The position numbers were made by a program, and so were the translations under genes. Below, in pieces: positions 63,009-64,000 of a stretch of DNA of 64,000 nt. The notes beneath the pieces are model-generated. The model ran no database searches, was not told where the DNA came from, and saw only the letters and a list, made by a program, of their open reading frames with translations. Numbering within the stretch: position 1 is the stretch's first letter; every line of letters begins with the position of its first letter. Source of the stretch: Candidatus Latescibacterota bacterium (lineage in GTDB: Bacteria > Latescibacterota > UBA2968 > GCA-2709665); contig CBDCOX010000002.1 of assembly GCA_965219995.1 (NCBI GenBank), positions 2,304,001 to 2,368,000 of the forward strand. Reading direction: 5' to 3'.

Positions 63009-63818
63009 CTACTTCAAAAGGAGCATCCTCCTGGTGGCCGAGAAACTGCCGGCCTGGATCCGATACAGATAGATGCCGCTGGCCACGCGACGGCCAAGCG
63101 CGTCCGTCCCGTCCCACGTGGCCGAAAACAATCCGGCATCCCTCCGTTCGTTCACCAGTTCGCGTACCTCCTGGCCCAGCAGATTATAGATGGCCAGCCG
63201 CACCTGCCCCGCCTCGGGAAGCTGAAAGCCGATCGCCGTGGACGGGTTGAACGGATTCGGGATATTCTGGTTCAGCCTATATTGGTCCGGCAGCGGCTTT
63301 AGATGGCCGATTTCAACGCGAGAGAGCATATCCACGGCGCCATCCACGCCTACCAACACGCTCTCGGACACCCGAAAGTCCGATGCCGAAGGCGTACCGC
63401 TGATTTTGAAGGTGAGCTCAACGAGCCTGCCGTTGCCGGTGGCGCCCTGCCCATCGGTTCTCACCGCCCCGATATTCAACTCACCGGGCGTGCGGTTCGA
63501 GGTCAGGAACAACGTTTCCTGACCCGAATCCGACTTGAGCAGGTTGCCGTCCGGTTCCCTTGCTTCCAGGAACTCATAGGTGGCGTCGTCGTATTGCAGC
63601 GTCAGGCCGTATCCCTTCAGGTTACTGGCCTGAGACAGCGTGAGACGCAACGTCAGGGTCCCGTCTTCGCCGGCCGATTCGTTCACGCGCTCCAGCTTGA
63701 GCGCCGCCGATGCGTTCTGCCCCCCGGTAATGGTCAACCCGCGGGTCATGTCTCCAGCCACCGCCGCACCGGTCAACACCAACGCCGAACATACCGCTGA
63801 AATTAGACGGAAATACAT
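63009..63818 (-). CDS. Cohesin-like domain + T9SS/FlgD-type C-terminal sorting domain
   Basis: Signal peptide; LKGYGLTLQYD..TYEF...GRLVELTFK cohesin-like pattern; LNQNIPNPFNPST...IYNLLGQ...WDG...ASGIYLY...RRMLLLK CTD. Confidence 0.85.
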   Translation of the reverse strand: MYFRLISAVCSALVLTGAAVAGDMTRGLTITGGQNASAALKLERVNESAGEDGTLTLRLTLSQASNLKGYGLTLQYDDATYEFLEAREPDGNLLKSDSGQETLFLTSNRTPGELNIGAVRTDGQGATGNGRLVELTFKISGTPSASDFRVSESVLVGVDGAVDMLSRVEIGHLKPLPDQYRLNQNIPNPFNPSTAIGFQLPEAGQVRLAIYNLLGQEVRELVNERRDAGLFSATWDGTDALGRRVASGIYLYRIQAGSFSATRRMLLLK

Positions 63819-63933
63819 AACTGCCTCCTTTGTCTCGTCACCAGCCTGGTGACGTGGTGAGTACTGCTTACACTCGTGTTCCGTCCGGGAAACAGGTTGC
63901 CCGAAATCGGCCGCCGAGTCGCACGGATCGCAT

Positions 63934-63973
63934 CCGACGACCCTTCGACAAGCTCAGGGACCGCAGGCGCAGG
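63934..63973. repeat. CCCTTCGACAAGCTCAGGGACCG unit
   Basis: 20/23 identical to the reverse complement of the nested unit at 54874-54896. Confidence 0.65.
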
Positions 63974-64000
63974 ACCCAGCGCAGCAGCGCATGCGACCCG

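Noticed and set aside
38369-63818. Classical cellulosome or diversity-generating retroelement
   Set aside because: No glycoside hydrolase or CBM cargo was recognised; there is no reverse transcriptase and no adenine-specific TR/VR pair.

Overview
GC-rich bacterial window. PorV, type IX secretion (T9SS) C-terminal domains and many dockerin-like modules point to the FCB superphylum, probably Latescibacterota/Gemmatimonadota-like; the many eukaryote-like repeats suggest a host-associated (e.g. sponge) symbiont (inference). (1) 1-12.2 kb: the leader end of a CRISPR array (36-bp repeat) and a complete Myxococcus-type (MYXAN) type I-B cas operon (cas6-cas3-cas8-cas7-cas5-cas4/1-cas2). Upstream lie a decayed WYL gene, a small accessory island including an internally deleted MazF/PemK toxin-antitoxin pair, and an intact WYL regulator. 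(2) 12.8-38 kb: housekeeping and envelope genes, a porV/T9SS-associated cluster, enolase and an NRAMP-like transporter. (3) 38-64 kb: a mostly co-oriented (minus-strand) block of exported modular proteins (WD40, LY/YWTD, plant-type LRR, metalloprotease, CARDB, cadherin domains) carrying dockerin-like modules, headed by a cohesin-T9SS-CTD gene and including two cohesin+dockerin proteins; this is a candidate cellulosome-like surface complex with no carbohydrate-active enzymes. Non-coding highlights: a modular intergenic element built from blocks of four 7-mers (11 blocks at 3 loci, with a 100-bp period at one locus), a TGTCGCA/TGCGACA palindrome shared by the cas promoter region and a distant gene, a self-nesting 23-bp repeat, and two candidate structured RNAs. 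All calls are by eye from motifs; no database searches were run.
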